Positions 41,281-51,216 are shown, numbered from the stretch's first letter. The stretch: 64,000 nucleotides of DNA from Candidatus Kerfeldbacteria bacterium (GCA_016182555.1 JACPGJ010000003.1:10920-74919), one strand, 5' to 3'. The notes: generated by a model not told the origin, from the sequence alone. Numbers and translations are program-made.

Positions 41281-42210
41281 TTAATCGTTATATAAACTTA
41301 TGCTTTTTGTTTTGTCGTTGCTGGTGAATAATAATTGTGCACCAGTTTTTGTGACACGCAAATTGCTGGCCGACGAAGCATCTGCCAATTTCCATGTTTG
41401 GCGGTGGTCCTTGTTGTCTATTTCTATTGCGTATATTCCATCTTGAGCACTAAAGAAGACATATTGCCCAGCGGGGTGAATGACCGCATCGAGCATGGGT
41501 TCTCCATGGCGTGTGAGTAGTGTATGTGTGTCATCGTGCGAATTGTATAGCCAAAGATCACTTTGGCTGGTATACACCAACAGGTGTTCATTCCAATCCG
41601 TATGCTCCATTTCCCGTTCCACCGCATCGGTGTCAATAAATGTTTTTAAAGACGGGACAATATAAGAAACGTGTGTTTGTGGGTCGACCAATATATCACG
41701 TGGACCTTCTACGGATTTTAAGGCTTCCGGATGCGCAAAACCTTCTTTTGCATAACTGGCGAGCAAATCTTGCGGTAGGGAAGAGAGCTCTTCCCGTGAA
41801 ACCGTTTCAGGCATTGCTTGTGCATCAATTGGTGTTGTTGTGGTGTGGTCTAAAAATAACATCACATCATTAAACAGCATCGATTTCCCTTGTTCAATAG
41901 TAAGATGTTTTTTCCAAGGTTGGTAACCGCTTTTGCGGATAGTAATAGTGTACGTACCAGGTAAAATATCCGTGTAAATATATGGCGTGAGCGGTTCTTG
42001 TTTTTTCCCATTGAAGAATACGGTTGCTTCTGCGGGAGTCGTTTTAATACTCAGGAGTGATGTCGCAATAATGGTACCCGTTTGCCGGTCAAATTTATAC
42101 CCAGCCGCATAGCTCAGAATAAGAACCGTTAAGGGGCCGGCCACAAGAATAAATATCCAAAAAATAATGGATCTTTTTCGTCGCGGCTTCAATTGACGCA
42201 GAGGTGTCAT
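41281..42210 (-). CDS. PEGA-domain membrane-anchored protein
   Basis: N-terminal TM then YAAGYKFD; TP...PGTYTITIRKSGYQPW. Confidence 0.78.
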   Translation of the reverse strand: MTPLRQLKPRRKRSIIFWIFILVAGPLTVLILSYAAGYKFDRQTGTIIATSLLSIKTTPAEATVFFNGKKQEPLTPYIYTDILPGTYTITIRKSGYQPWKKHLTIEQGKSMLFNDVMLFLDHTTTTPIDAQAMPETVSREELSSLPQDLLASYAKEGFAHPEALKSVEGPRDILVDPQTHVSYIVPSLKTFIDTDAVEREMEHTDWNEHLLVYTSQSDLWLYNSHDDTHTLLTRHGEPMLDAVIHPAGQYVFFSAQDGIYAIEIDNKDHRQTWKLADASSASNLRVTKTGAQLLFTSNDKTKSISLYND

Positions 42211-42221
42211 TAGCGTATACT
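42193..42221 (+). promoter_or_regulatory. murA promoter (leaderless-type)
   Basis: TTGACG-17 nt-TATACT, ATG 8 nt downstream; -35 lies inside the divergent PEGA gene. Confidence 0.65.
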
Positions 42222-42229
42222 AGCCTAAT

Positions 42230-43495
42230 ATGGAAAAGTTTATTATCGAAGGTGGACATGCGTTATCTGGCCACATTGCCGTAAACGGTGCAAAGAATCA
42301 TGTCTTAAAAATGATTCCGGCATGTTTTCTTGCAAGCGAGCCAACAACCATCACCAATGTGCCAGCATTAGAAGATGTGGCACGAATGCTTGATATTGTA
42401 GAAAATATTGGCGGTACCGTCAACCGTATCAGTACACGCGAGATACAAATTATTCCACCGCAGAAATTTTCCGGTCAAATGCCTCGGGAACTCGTGAAAA
42501 AAATGCGTGCTTCTATTGTATTTGCCGGTCCATTGCTCGCTCGCTATGGCCAAGTGAGCATTGCGCATCCGGGAGGTGATAATATTGGTAAACGACCAAT
42601 CGATTTTTTTATAGAAGGGTTTGCTCTGTTTGGTGCCACCGTAGAAAAAGAAGGGGATACCTATCATTTTTCTGCACCAAATGGTTTAGTGGGTGCAACT
42701 TGCTTGTTCCCAACCATGAGTGTCATGGGAACAGAAACATTAATGATGACTGCAGTATTGGCGAAGGGGCGCACGGTATTAAAAAATGCTGCGTGTGAAC
42801 CGGAGATTGTTGCATTAGCAGAATATCTCAACTCTGTTGGTGCACAGATTACTGGTGCCGGCACGCACACAATAAACATCCAAGGAGTGGCTGAGTTGCG
42901 TGGTGGGACAGCGCATATTATCCCTGACCGCATTGAAGCTGGTTCATTCATTATTCTTGCCGCAGCAACAAATAGCGATGTCACGATTGATGGTTGTCAC
43001 CCCGAGCATCTTGAAATTCCATTACATATTCTTGCAGATATGGGCGTGCCATTAACTATTCATTCAAACGCTGTGGAAGTTCATCAGCGAAAACAGAAAC
43101 TGAAACCGTTTCATTTAATTACGCATGAATATCCTGGCTTTGCTACCGATTTACAGCCACCCATGACCGTACTGCTGACCCAAGCGGAAGGGGAAAGTAG
43201 TGTGCGTGAAACTATTTATGAAGGTCGTTTATTTTATACAGAAGTGTTGAACACCATGGGAGCGCAGATTTCATTGCTGGATCTTTATCGTGTAACGGTG
43301 AATGGGCCGACACCATTTATTGGTAAAGAAGTCACGAGCCCCGATATTCGCGCAGGCATTGCCATGGTGATTGCTGGACTCCTTGCCAAAGGAGAGACAA
43401 CAGTGAATAATATTTATCATATAGACAGAGGTTATGAACGAATTGAAGAACGATTACAACACATCGGTGCCCATATCCAACGAATTACCGAATAA
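42230..43495 (+). CDS. murA: UDP-N-acetylglucosamine 1-carboxyvinyltransferase (Asp-type active site)
   Basis: GAKN, MRAS, PGGDNIGKRP, PDRIEAG, YPGFATDLQ, DIRAG, HIDRGYE. Confidence 0.96.
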   Translation: MEKFIIEGGHALSGHIAVNGAKNHVLKMIPACFLASEPTTITNVPALEDVARMLDIVENIGGTVNRISTREIQIIPPQKFSGQMPRELVKKMRASIVFAGPLLARYGQVSIAHPGGDNIGKRPIDFFIEGFALFGATVEKEGDTYHFSAPNGLVGATCLFPTMSVMGTETLMMTAVLAKGRTVLKNAACEPEIVALAEYLNSVGAQITGAGTHTINIQGVAELRGGTAHIIPDRIEAGSFIILAAATNSDVTIDGCHPEHLEIPLHILADMGVPLTIHSNAVEVHQRKQKLKPFHLITHEYPGFATDLQPPMTVLLTQAEGESSVRETIYEGRLFYTEVLNTMGAQISLLDLYRVTVNGPTPFIGKEVTSPDIRAGIAMVIAGLLAKGETTVNNIYHIDRGYERIEERLQHIGAHIQRITE

Positions 43496-44807
43496 TCCCA
43501 GCGTCACACGTTCATCTCGTCGTTTGTTTTTGTGTACCGCGACAGTTATTATATTTTTATTTGGCATCAGCGTTGGGTTTGTACTTAATAATTCCCCGAA
43601 GTTTGCAACTAATCATTATATTCGAACAATTCAAGCTTCTTTTCATGCACCAGTAACGAATTCATCTTTTGAACATCAAGCAAATTTAGATCTCTTTTGG
43701 AAAGTGTGGGATGAAATTCATACCCAATATGTGGATCAACCAGTCGATGATTCGACATTGATCTATAGTGCCATTTCCGGTATGGTCGCGGGAGTTGGTG
43801 ATCAATATTCGGTTTTTTTCAATCCGGAACAATCGAAAGCGTTTTTAAGTGAGGTATACGGTAGCTTTGAAGGTATTGGCGCAGAGATTGGTATAAAAGA
43901 TGATCATCTCACTATTATTGCACCGCTTCCGGGTTCTCCCGCTTCACAGGCTGGGTTGCTTGCTGGAGATACTGTACTGGCTATTAATGGCACCAATGCG
44001 TCGAGTTTTTCATTGAACGATGCTGTAGAAACTATTCGAGGTGAAAAAGGAACCACGGTGACGCTCACCATTCAACGTGTTGATACGCCTGAACCGTTTG
44101 ATGTTATCGTGACACGTGATACGATTCATGTTGAAAGCGTGAAATGGGAAATGGTGAATGAAGGTGATCATCGTATTGCGCATATCACCATTACGAATTT
44201 TGCGGAAGATACGGCAACAAAATTTCAAGAAGCGATTAATAATATGTTGATTCAACAACCGGATGCGTTGATCTTGGATTTACGAAATAATCCGGGTGGA
44301 TTTTTAGACGGTGCAGTGAATATTGCCTCCAAATTTATTCCAGAAGGACAAGCGGTGGTGTATGAACAGTTTGGGAATGGTGCTACACAAGCCTATAAGG
44401 CAAGTGGATTATCTCCGTTACAGAATCTGCCGACGATTATTCTCCAAAATGAAGGATCAGCATCAGCATCAGAAATTCTTGCCGGCGCCTTAGAAGACTA
44501 TGGCAAGGCAAAAATTATTGGGGTGACATCGTTTGGTAAAGGTACGGTGCAAGATTTAGAAACATTCGATGATGATTCATCATTAAAGTTGACAATCGCT
44601 CGTTGGTTGACTCCAACGCAGCATTTGATCAATAACATTGGTATTTACCCAGATTATTGGGTAGAACGGACTGCCGATGATGTCGCAGCTGAGCGAGACC
44701 CGCAGTTAGATGCTGCTCTGCTCTATATTAAAGATCAAGCCGCGTTTACTGCACAATATCAGCCTTATGTGCCACCAGCGCAAGAAGAATTAACGAAGCA
44801 GAAATAA
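43434..44807 (+). CDS. C-terminal processing peptidase (S41A) with PDZ domain
   Basis: FEGIGAEI, DLRNNPGG, SASASEI, FGKGTVQ; start codon uncertain. Confidence 0.92.
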   Translation: MNELKNDYNTSVPISNELPNNPSVTRSSRRLFLCTATVIIFLFGISVGFVLNNSPKFATNHYIRTIQASFHAPVTNSSFEHQANLDLFWKVWDEIHTQYVDQPVDDSTLIYSAISGMVAGVGDQYSVFFNPEQSKAFLSEVYGSFEGIGAEIGIKDDHLTIIAPLPGSPASQAGLLAGDTVLAINGTNASSFSLNDAVETIRGEKGTTVTLTIQRVDTPEPFDVIVTRDTIHVESVKWEMVNEGDHRIAHITITNFAEDTATKFQEAINNMLIQQPDALILDLRNNPGGFLDGAVNIASKFIPEGQAVVYEQFGNGATQAYKASGLSPLQNLPTIILQNEGSASASEILAGALEDYGKAKIIGVTSFGKGTVQDLETFDDDSSLKLTIARWLTPTQHLINNIGIYPDYWVERTADDVAAERDPQLDAALLYIKDQAAFTAQYQPYVPPAQEELTKQK

Positions 44808-44825
44808 TTTTTATTACACATTTTT

Positions 44826-45245
44826 ATGAAAGTGATTATCAAAAAAACAGGCGAAGTAAAGAATGTTTCTGATGGATATGCGCGTAATTTTCTTTTTCCC
44901 CATGGTTTAGCTGTTGCCGCAACAGCTAAAGAGATCGCCAACGCTCAGAAACAGCAGCAACAGAAAAAAATGTCTTTGCAACAGCAGCAAGTGATTTGGC
45001 AAGAATTAGCGAAAACATTACCGGCCACAACGATCACTATTCATGCCCGTGCCAACACGGACGGAACGCTCTTTGGCAGTTTACAAAAATCTGTTATACT
45101 CAAAGCCATAGTGGCAGCCGGTATTTCCATGGAAGAATCATGGTTACTTTTGCCTGAACCCATCAAAAAAACTGGGAAGCAAACTATCGCCGTTCACTTC
45201 CCGAACGGAGCAGAGGCCTCATTTATTCTTGACGTCATATCATAA
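44826..45245 (+). CDS. rplI: 50S ribosomal protein L9
   Basis: [29 protein letters not shown]. Confidence 0.93.
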   Translation: MKVIIKKTGEVKNVSDGYARNFLFPHGLAVAATAKEIANAQKQQQQKKMSLQQQQVIWQELAKTLPATTITIHARANTDGTLFGSLQKSVILKAIVAAGISMEESWLLLPEPIKKTGKQTIAVHFPNGAEASFILDVIS

Positions 45246-45255
45246 CCTTTTCATT

Positions 45256-46905
45256 ATGAAACATCCAAAGTATATTTTTGTTGTTGGTGGAGTCATGTCT
45301 TCTGTCGGCAAAGGCGTGGTAACTTCTTCGCTGGGAATGATTTTGCAATCACGAGGCTTTCATGTGACGGCAATGAAATTTGATCCGTACATCAATGTGG
45401 ATGCCGGAACCATGAATCCGACGGAACATGGAGAAGTGTTTGTGACTGAAGATGGAGATGAAACAGACCAAGACATTGGCAATTATGAACGTTTTTTGGA
45501 TGAAGATATTTATTCAGTCAATTACATGACCAACGGTCGTATTTGGTTGGAAGTGATTAATAAAGAGCGAAATTTAGAGTATAAAGGAAAGTGTGTTGAA
45601 GTCGGGTATCATATTCCGCAGGAAATTATCCGTCGTATCAAGTTGGCGCAACAAAAAAGTAGATCAGATATTATGGTGATTGAGGTAGGGGGAACCATTG
45701 GGGAATATCAAAATATTCTTTTTTTAGAAGCAGCACGAATGATGAAGTTAGAGAATCCGGGCGATGTCTTATTTGTATTAGTGAGTTACCTGCCTATTCC
45801 GTCAAAAGTGGGTGAAATGAAAACGAAGCCGACGCAACATGCGGTTCGCCAGATGAATGAAGTTGGTTTACAGCCAAATGTTATTATTGGCCGTGCAGAA
45901 AAACCACTGGATACGGTTCGCAAAAAGAAATTGGCACAATTTTGTAATATTGACGATGCGCATATTATTTCTGCACCGGATGTTGAACATATTTATGCTG
46001 TGCCGCTCATGTTTGAGCAACAGGAGTTGAGTACAAAAATATTGAAAGAATTGCATTTGCGCCCACGCACGGCTTCTGCGCAGAGTCCGCGTATGATTCA
46101 GTGGAAAAAACTTGTAAAAAATATTCAACAATCAACAGAGCCGGTACGCATTGCGGTGGTCGGCAAGTATTTTCATACGGGTGAATATGTCTTAGCGGAT
46201 TCCTATATTTCTGTGATTGAAGCATTGAAACATGCCGCTTGGCAGTGTAAACGGAAAGCAGAGTTAGTGTGGTTAGACCCGGAAGAATATGAACAAGATC
46301 CGAAACGGGTGAAGGAATTAGCCGATTTTGATGGCGTCCTTATTCCCGGCGGATTTGGTTCGCGCGGGGTAGAAGGGAAAATTCAAGCCATTCAATATGT
46401 TCGGGAACACCACATTCCGTATTTTGGTTTATGTTATGGCATGCAGTTGGCGGCAATAGAAGTAGCGCGGCATGTGGTTGGGTTGCGTGGTGCCCATACG
46501 GTAGAAATTGATGAAGCACCAGAGCATCCAATTATTGTTGTGAACCCGCACCAACAGAAAAATATTTTGCAAAAGCACTATGGCGGCACCATGCGTTTAG
46601 GAAGCTACGATTGTGAAGTGATGAGTGGCACCAAAGCCGCCGTTGCTTATAAACAACCGATGGTGAAGGAACGCCATCGTCACCGTTATGAGTTTAATAA
46701 TGACTATGTTCAACGTTTGCATGATGCTGGCTTGATCGTTTCCGGCCGTAATCCACAGCAAGATTTGGTGGAAATTATGGAATTAAAAGGACACCCATGG
46801 TTCTTGGGTACACAATTCCATCCAGAATTTCTCTCTCGTCCTCTTCATCCACACCCCTTATTCCTCGGTTTTATTAAAGCTGCTATTGCCCGTAATAAAA
46901 AATAG
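45256..46905 (+). CDS. pyrG: CTP synthase
   Basis: GGVMSSVGKG, DPYINVDAGTM, KTKPTQH, GLCYGMQ, ERHRHRYE, QFHPE. Confidence 0.97.
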   Translation: MKHPKYIFVVGGVMSSVGKGVVTSSLGMILQSRGFHVTAMKFDPYINVDAGTMNPTEHGEVFVTEDGDETDQDIGNYERFLDEDIYSVNYMTNGRIWLEVINKERNLEYKGKCVEVGYHIPQEIIRRIKLAQQKSRSDIMVIEVGGTIGEYQNILFLEAARMMKLENPGDVLFVLVSYLPIPSKVGEMKTKPTQHAVRQMNEVGLQPNVIIGRAEKPLDTVRKKKLAQFCNIDDAHIISAPDVEHIYAVPLMFEQQELSTKILKELHLRPRTASAQSPRMIQWKKLVKNIQQSTEPVRIAVVGKYFHTGEYVLADSYISVIEALKHAAWQCKRKAELVWLDPEEYEQDPKRVKELADFDGVLIPGGFGSRGVEGKIQAIQYVREHHIPYFGLCYGMQLAAIEVARHVVGLRGAHTVEIDEAPEHPIIVVNPHQQKNILQKHYGGTMRLGSYDCEVMSGTKAAVAYKQPMVKERHRHRYEFNNDYVQRLHDAGLIVSGRNPQQDLVEIMELKGHPWFLGTQFHPEFLSRPLHPHPLFLGFIKAAIARNKK

Positions 46906-46907
46906 AA

Positions 46908-47056
46908 TTGCCTTGCCAGACTGCCTAACAATGACCGTCGATCGCGACTCCTGCGGTCGCTCTCTCCTCATTCCTCGGCTCGCTCCTCGAATCGCAAGCG
47001 ATTCTCGACCAAGCTCGCTGCCAGCTCCGTCACTGTACGGCAGCTGGCAATGGCAA
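46908..47056. repeat. Long imperfect inverted repeat enclosing internal hairpins
   Basis: TTGCC-TTGCCAG-CTGCC..ACA.TGAC pairs with GTCA.TGT..GGCAG-CTGGCAA-GGCAA; internal GCGAC/GTCGC and GAATCGC/GCGATTC. Confidence 0.7.
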
Positions 47057-47069
47057 AGAAAATTCAAAA

Positions 47070-47149
47070 AAGGCCGTAGAGGCAATTCCACAGCGACCAT
47101 CTTTTTGCGTAGCAAAATGAGGTCGCGAGGAATTGGCTCAAAAGGCCTT
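47070..47149 (+). repeat. Structured GTAG hairpin element, copy 2 (REP-like)
   Basis: AAGGCC/GGCCTT, CAATTCC/GGAATTG, GCGACC/GGTCGC, apical GC-GTA-GC; homologous to 12308-12392. Confidence 0.8.
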
Positions 47150-47186
47150 CGAGGAATTGTCGCTTAAGGGTTTTTTGTAATCAGAA

Positions 47187-47468
47187 TTATTTTCCGGAGA
47201 CGACAGAGACAATTTTTGCTTTTTCGAGTTTGCCGGTAAAGCGTTTTATTTTGCGTTCAGTGAATTGTACAACGCCATCGACTAATGCAAAAATAGTGTT
47301 ATCTTTGCCCATTTTTGTTCCATCACCTGGGCGGAATTTTGTACCACGTTGACGAATAAGAATGTTTCCGACAGTGACCTTCTCTCCGCCAAATTTTTTT
47401 ACGCCCAGTCGTTTCGATTGTGAGTCTCGTCCATACGCGGTGGACCCACCAGCTTTGGTATGTGCCAT
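47187..47468 (-). CDS. rpmA: 50S ribosomal protein L27
   Basis: [30 protein letters not shown]. Confidence 0.97.
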   Translation of the reverse strand: MAHTKAGGSTAYGRDSQSKRLGVKKFGGEKVTVGNILIRQRGTKFRPGDGTKMGKDNTIFALVDGVVQFTERKIKRFTGKLEKAKIVSVVSGK

Positions 47469-47681
47469 ACAATAATAGTAATAGTATAAGAAATGATAAA
47501 AATCTTCTAGACTTTTTCGTAGAAATAGTATATATTCTCCTTAAATTATTGTCAATACTTACATTAGCAAGTAATGATATGACCAGAAACATGTTGTACA
47601 TTTTTCTGTAGATGAGGTATCTTATATCATAAGAACGTTCGGGAGGAGTTTTTGCTGTTCCTGAACACGGTAATTATTAAC

Positions 47682-48749
47682 ATGAATCGTATGAACAAAC
47701 GATCGTTGTTCACCACAATTAGCGCAGGACTGTTGACCTTTGCGCTGCTGGTGCTTCCACACAACAGTTTTGCTTTGACCGCAGAACTGGTCAGCATTAC
47801 TCCGGAACCACAACAGGACATTTCTGACATGATGACTGGTGCGCCAGATGGAGTTTCGGTATTTGCATGGCTAACAGAAACAGATACGGAATACACAGCC
47901 GTTTTTTCTGTTGATGAAGAGCCGGCAGTGATCATTACTCCCGGCGGAGATATTGCTCCGGATAATCGCTGGAGCTATGATGAAGAGGGCGGAACAGTGA
48001 CCGTACCGTTTACAGCAACAGGATTAAAACAAACGAGTGATGGACCAGACAACGCCGCTATTGTTGCGCTTGTTGCAGCTGTTGAACCAGGAGAAGATGG
48101 CCCTCCGGAAGAAATGACCGGCTGTTGGTTGTCGACCAATGTGCAGGATTGGGAATTAATTCCTCCGTCAGAAGATAATGTTGCGTTTGGGTTTTCATTA
48201 ACTGGCCCGGAAGGGGAAACCGGTTTTTTCCACATGTTTATGCCTGATTCAATGGTGGATTTCATGAGTGAAATGAGCGGGGAAGAGTTAACCGTAGAAG
48301 ATTTAGCGGTGTTTAATGGAGACAATCAGTCTTCCATGAGCATTACTCCAGTAGACGGCGGCGCCATGATTGATATTAATGTGAAATTTCTTTCCACAGC
48401 AATCAGTGCAACATCAGAAGATGACGATGGCAGCATCACAAAAGAGATTACGGTTCGCGAGCAGCTGCCTATTAGTTTGGCGGCCAATAAAACAGAGTTG
48501 AAAAACGGCAAACAGGCTCAACTCTTTGGTTGGCTTAAAAACGGGAAGAAGAATAAGCGTGTTGAAATTTGGCGAAAAAAAGATGGAGAATCAGCATTTA
48601 CCAAATGGAAAAACGTTAGAACAAAAAAGAACGGAAAATTTACTCATACATTCATTCCGAGAAACACCGCCATCTATAAAGTGAAATATCGTTCTGATGG
48701 TTCCACGATGACGAGCGAAAATCAGACCATCACTGTGGAGAATGCATAA
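47682..48749 (+). CDS. Secreted hypothetical protein: acidic core and basic C-terminal beta domain
   Basis: Signal peptide ending SFA; D/E-rich body; K/R-rich last ~95 residues. Confidence 0.72.
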   Translation: MNRMNKRSLFTTISAGLLTFALLVLPHNSFALTAELVSITPEPQQDISDMMTGAPDGVSVFAWLTETDTEYTAVFSVDEEPAVIITPGGDIAPDNRWSYDEEGGTVTVPFTATGLKQTSDGPDNAAIVALVAAVEPGEDGPPEEMTGCWLSTNVQDWELIPPSEDNVAFGFSLTGPEGETGFFHMFMPDSMVDFMSEMSGEELTVEDLAVFNGDNQSSMSITPVDGGAMIDINVKFLSTAISATSEDDDGSITKEITVREQLPISLAANKTELKNGKQAQLFGWLKNGKKNKRVEIWRKKDGESAFTKWKNVRTKKNGKFTHTFIPRNTAIYKVKYRSDGSTMTSENQTITVENA

Positions 48750-48788
48750 CTCAATCCCAGAGGGAGTACGCCGCCGAGATTGAGTTAT
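48746..48788. terminator. Hairpin between convergent genes, possible terminator
   Basis: Perfect 11-bp ATAACTCAATC/GATTGAGTTAT inverted repeat; no U-tract. Confidence 0.4.
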
Positions 48789-48808
48789 AGAATTATCGTA
48801 TATTGCAG

Positions 48809-49135
48809 TCAATCGATATCGTTGCGCAATGGATTTATTGGTGGGTTCGTACGAATTTTTTTCCCGGTATCTATTTTTTCTTGATGAAATTTCACAACAG
48901 ATTCATATTCGCTGAATAGAATATTTGAACTGGAGCTCGTGGTTTGTGTGGCGAGTGTATTCCGTTCATGTTGGGCAATAATTGGTAAGTAGAAATACCA
49001 GTAGAAAAATAGCATAAAAAGAGAAAAAAGCAGAACCGCAAATATTTCAAACACCAACAATAAACGTAGAGTGAAAAATCGTTTAACTATAGTGATGAAT
49101 GGAGGGTGGGGTGTTTTTATCATAATTGTTCCCAA
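48809..49135 (-). CDS. Small membrane protein at the end of the pilus operon
   Basis: Single TM helix; overlaps the end of the PilO-like gene. Confidence 0.6.
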   Translation of the reverse strand: MGTIMIKTPHPPFITIVKRFFTLRLLLVFEIFAVLLFSLFMLFFYWYFYLPIIAQHERNTLATQTTSSSSNILFSEYESVVKFHQEKIDTGKKIRTNPPINPLRNDID

Positions 49136-49668
49136 TAGGTGAGGGTATCAATAGTCATCTGCGTGGTGTGTGTAATGGAATCTTCTGAAATATTAATAGA
49201 GCGTGGGTTAATATAAAAATCAAACTCTTCTATACGGCCAAAGAAACGCATAAGGTTTTCCCATGAACCACGTGCTGTAATGGTTGCGGGAATGATCACG
49301 ATGCCGTTTTTGATTGATTGTTTATCATGGAATAACTCCATTTGTTCGGTGACCGTATATGCTGTTGCTGTATTTTCCAATGATTCAATAAATTCGATAA
49401 TATGGTCTTGTGTTACGAGGCTATGAGAAAGCATAGAGGTATCATCAATCTGCGCATATTCTGCTTGTTGTTGCTGAGCTCCTTCTTGAACTTGTTCTGC
49501 CATATATTCTCGTTGTTGATGAGTACGGAGTTCTTGGTTATCGAGTACAAGCTGCTGAGCGAGTGGAATACCCAGAAGCAAAATAATAGCCATACACAAC
49601 ACCAAGGGCAGAGCCATGTCGATGTGGTAACGATGGTATAATGTGGCAATATTATTCATAGGCTTCAT
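49120..49668 (-). CDS. PilO-like type IV pilus assembly protein
   Basis: TM, coiled coil, GSWENLMRFFGRIE; follows the PilN-like gene. Confidence 0.68.
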   Translation of the reverse strand: MKPMNNIATLYHRYHIDMALPLVLCMAIILLLGIPLAQQLVLDNQELRTHQQREYMAEQVQEGAQQQQAEYAQIDDTSMLSHSLVTQDHIIEFIESLENTATAYTVTEQMELFHDKQSIKNGIVIIPATITARGSWENLMRFFGRIEEFDFYINPRSINISEDSITHTTQMTIDTLTYWEQL

Positions 49669-50212
49669 AATGAAATGCGGCTGGTATAAATGTCATCGCT
49701 ATGGTAAACGGAATATCTTTTGGTGCCGTTAATGCGTCGAAGGGAAATTGAGTAATAACAAATCGATTATCTTGTTCAATTTTTTGCTGCATGGCTTGTA
49801 GGTCTGTGCGCTCTGCAGCAATACCATCAATGATGAGTGTTGTTTTTTCTGCGTCAATATCTATGGAATGAATGGACACTCCTTCCGGAAGCAACGTAGA
49901 AATTTCTTGCAGTAATCCAAGATAGTTTGAGTGGTCTTTTTGAATAAGTCGTAATTGTTGGATCCGCGTATTGATATATTGAATATCAAGTCCATCATTT
50001 TGCGTAGAGGTGGTGTTTGCATGTGTCATTAATGCTGGGGCGGCAGATGCAGAAAGCACTTGTTGCAAGGAAAAATGCAATACGGCGAGTGTGCCACAAA
50101 TAGAGATGAGTACAATATTCACTAATACCATACCAACGATAAGCTGCTGCTTCATTACCCATTGGCGAGTGCTTTTTTGTTTCTCTTTTGGAAGTAAATT
50201 AAAATCGTACAT
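49652..50212 (-). CDS. pilN: PilN-like type IV pilus assembly protein
   Basis: N-terminal FNLLP motif, TM, LPEGVSI, IDGIA. Confidence 0.8.
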   Translation of the reverse strand: MYDFNLLPKEKQKSTRQWVMKQQLIVGMVLVNIVLISICGTLAVLHFSLQQVLSASAAPALMTHANTTSTQNDGLDIQYINTRIQQLRLIQKDHSNYLGLLQEISTLLPEGVSIHSIDIDAEKTTLIIDGIAAERTDLQAMQQKIEQDNRFVITQFPFDALTAPKDIPFTIAMTFIPAAFHYEAYE

Positions 50213-50217
50213 AGTCG

Positions 50218-51213
50218 TTAGAAAAGAGTAGTGGTGCGTATTGCCAGCCCAATGGCGGTACCATACGATAATAGTTCTGATTGTAGCGTATCAGGAATGA
50301 CTATAGGTTCGGCCATTTTTGCTTGTTGAACAGGATAGTGAATATATTCTTCCAGGTATTGTCGAATATGGTCAATTTTTGAACCACCGCCGATGAGATA
50401 GACAACATATTGGGGTGCTTCTTGTTCAGCGGTGTGTTCTTGATGAAAGTGAATCACTCGTTTTAATTCATTGCTTAATAATGTGGTGTGTTCTTGAATA
50501 ACCGCGTGAATTCGTGTATCTTCTTGCTTCGTCATTTTCATTTTTTCTGCTTCAGCTTCAGACACGTTCAACGTTTTTGCTATTGCTTCTGTGAGCATTT
50601 TACCAGAAATAAATTTGGATGTGTGCGTAAAATCTATTCGACCATGAGTCACCACAAGGATTGTGGTATGATTTCGTCCAATATCTGCTAATACAATGGT
50701 TTCTGGTATTTTCTCTCGGGGAATAAATAATCGTGCGATGGCTTGAGATTCAATTTCCAGCGCGCCTACATGAAGGCCAGCAGCTTCCACGGATTCAGCA
50801 TAGGACATGGCAATATCCGTTTTTACGGCAGCAAAACTGAGCGTGTGGTCGTCACGTACCGTATCAATAGTGACTTCTGTTTCCGGAAAGGGAAGATGTT
50901 TTTGAATTTCTTTTTCAATGGGCTCATCTTGCAGGTGAATAGTTTTTATAAATCCATGATATTCCGGTAAGCTGACAACGGCTATTGTGCGATGACGACG
51001 GATATGCGTGGTCGAAAGGAGATTGGTAATCGTTTTTATAACGGCATCTTGGTTATGAATAATGCCATTCACCATCATGCCATCTGGCAGCAACTGTTGT
51101 CCAAAATGTGTTACCCGTTTTTTCTTTCCCTGTTGTTGCACGCCAACAATACGAATAACATGATCGCTCATATCCACACCAACACTGTTCAGTTTTTGAT
51201 TACCGATGAACAT
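50218..51213 (-). CDS. pilM: PilM actin-like pilus assembly protein
   Basis: GVDMSD, HLPF, DIG, GGGSKI, TAIGLA. Confidence 0.85.
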   Translation of the reverse strand: MFIGNQKLNSVGVDMSDHVIRIVGVQQQGKKKRVTHFGQQLLPDGMMVNGIIHNQDAVIKTITNLLSTTHIRRHRTIAVVSLPEYHGFIKTIHLQDEPIEKEIQKHLPFPETEVTIDTVRDDHTLSFAAVKTDIAMSYAESVEAAGLHVGALEIESQAIARLFIPREKIPETIVLADIGRNHTTILVVTHGRIDFTHTSKFISGKMLTEAIAKTLNVSEAEAEKMKMTKQEDTRIHAVIQEHTTLLSNELKRVIHFHQEHTAEQEAPQYVVYLIGGGSKIDHIRQYLEEYIHYPVQQAKMAEPIVIPDTLQSELLSYGTAIGLAIRTTTLF

Positions 51214-51216
51214 AAT

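Noticed and set aside
43434-43495. 62-nt overlap between murA and the S41 protease gene
   Set aside because: May simply reflect an uncertain start codon; no sign of recoding
44940-44995. Gln-rich run in L9
   Set aside because: Mixed CAG/CAA codons in the variable helical linker, not a slippage repeat
46921-47045. Integron attC reading (GCCTAAC matches RYYYAAC)
   Set aside because: The partner arm reads GTACGGC rather than GTTRRRY, and there is no integrase or cassette array in view
46886-47167. 93-aa plus-strand and 85-aa minus-strand ORFs over the pyrG-rpmA gap
   Set aside because: They overlap the end of pyrG, have R/S-rich non-protein-like composition, and are explained by the GC-rich inverted repeats
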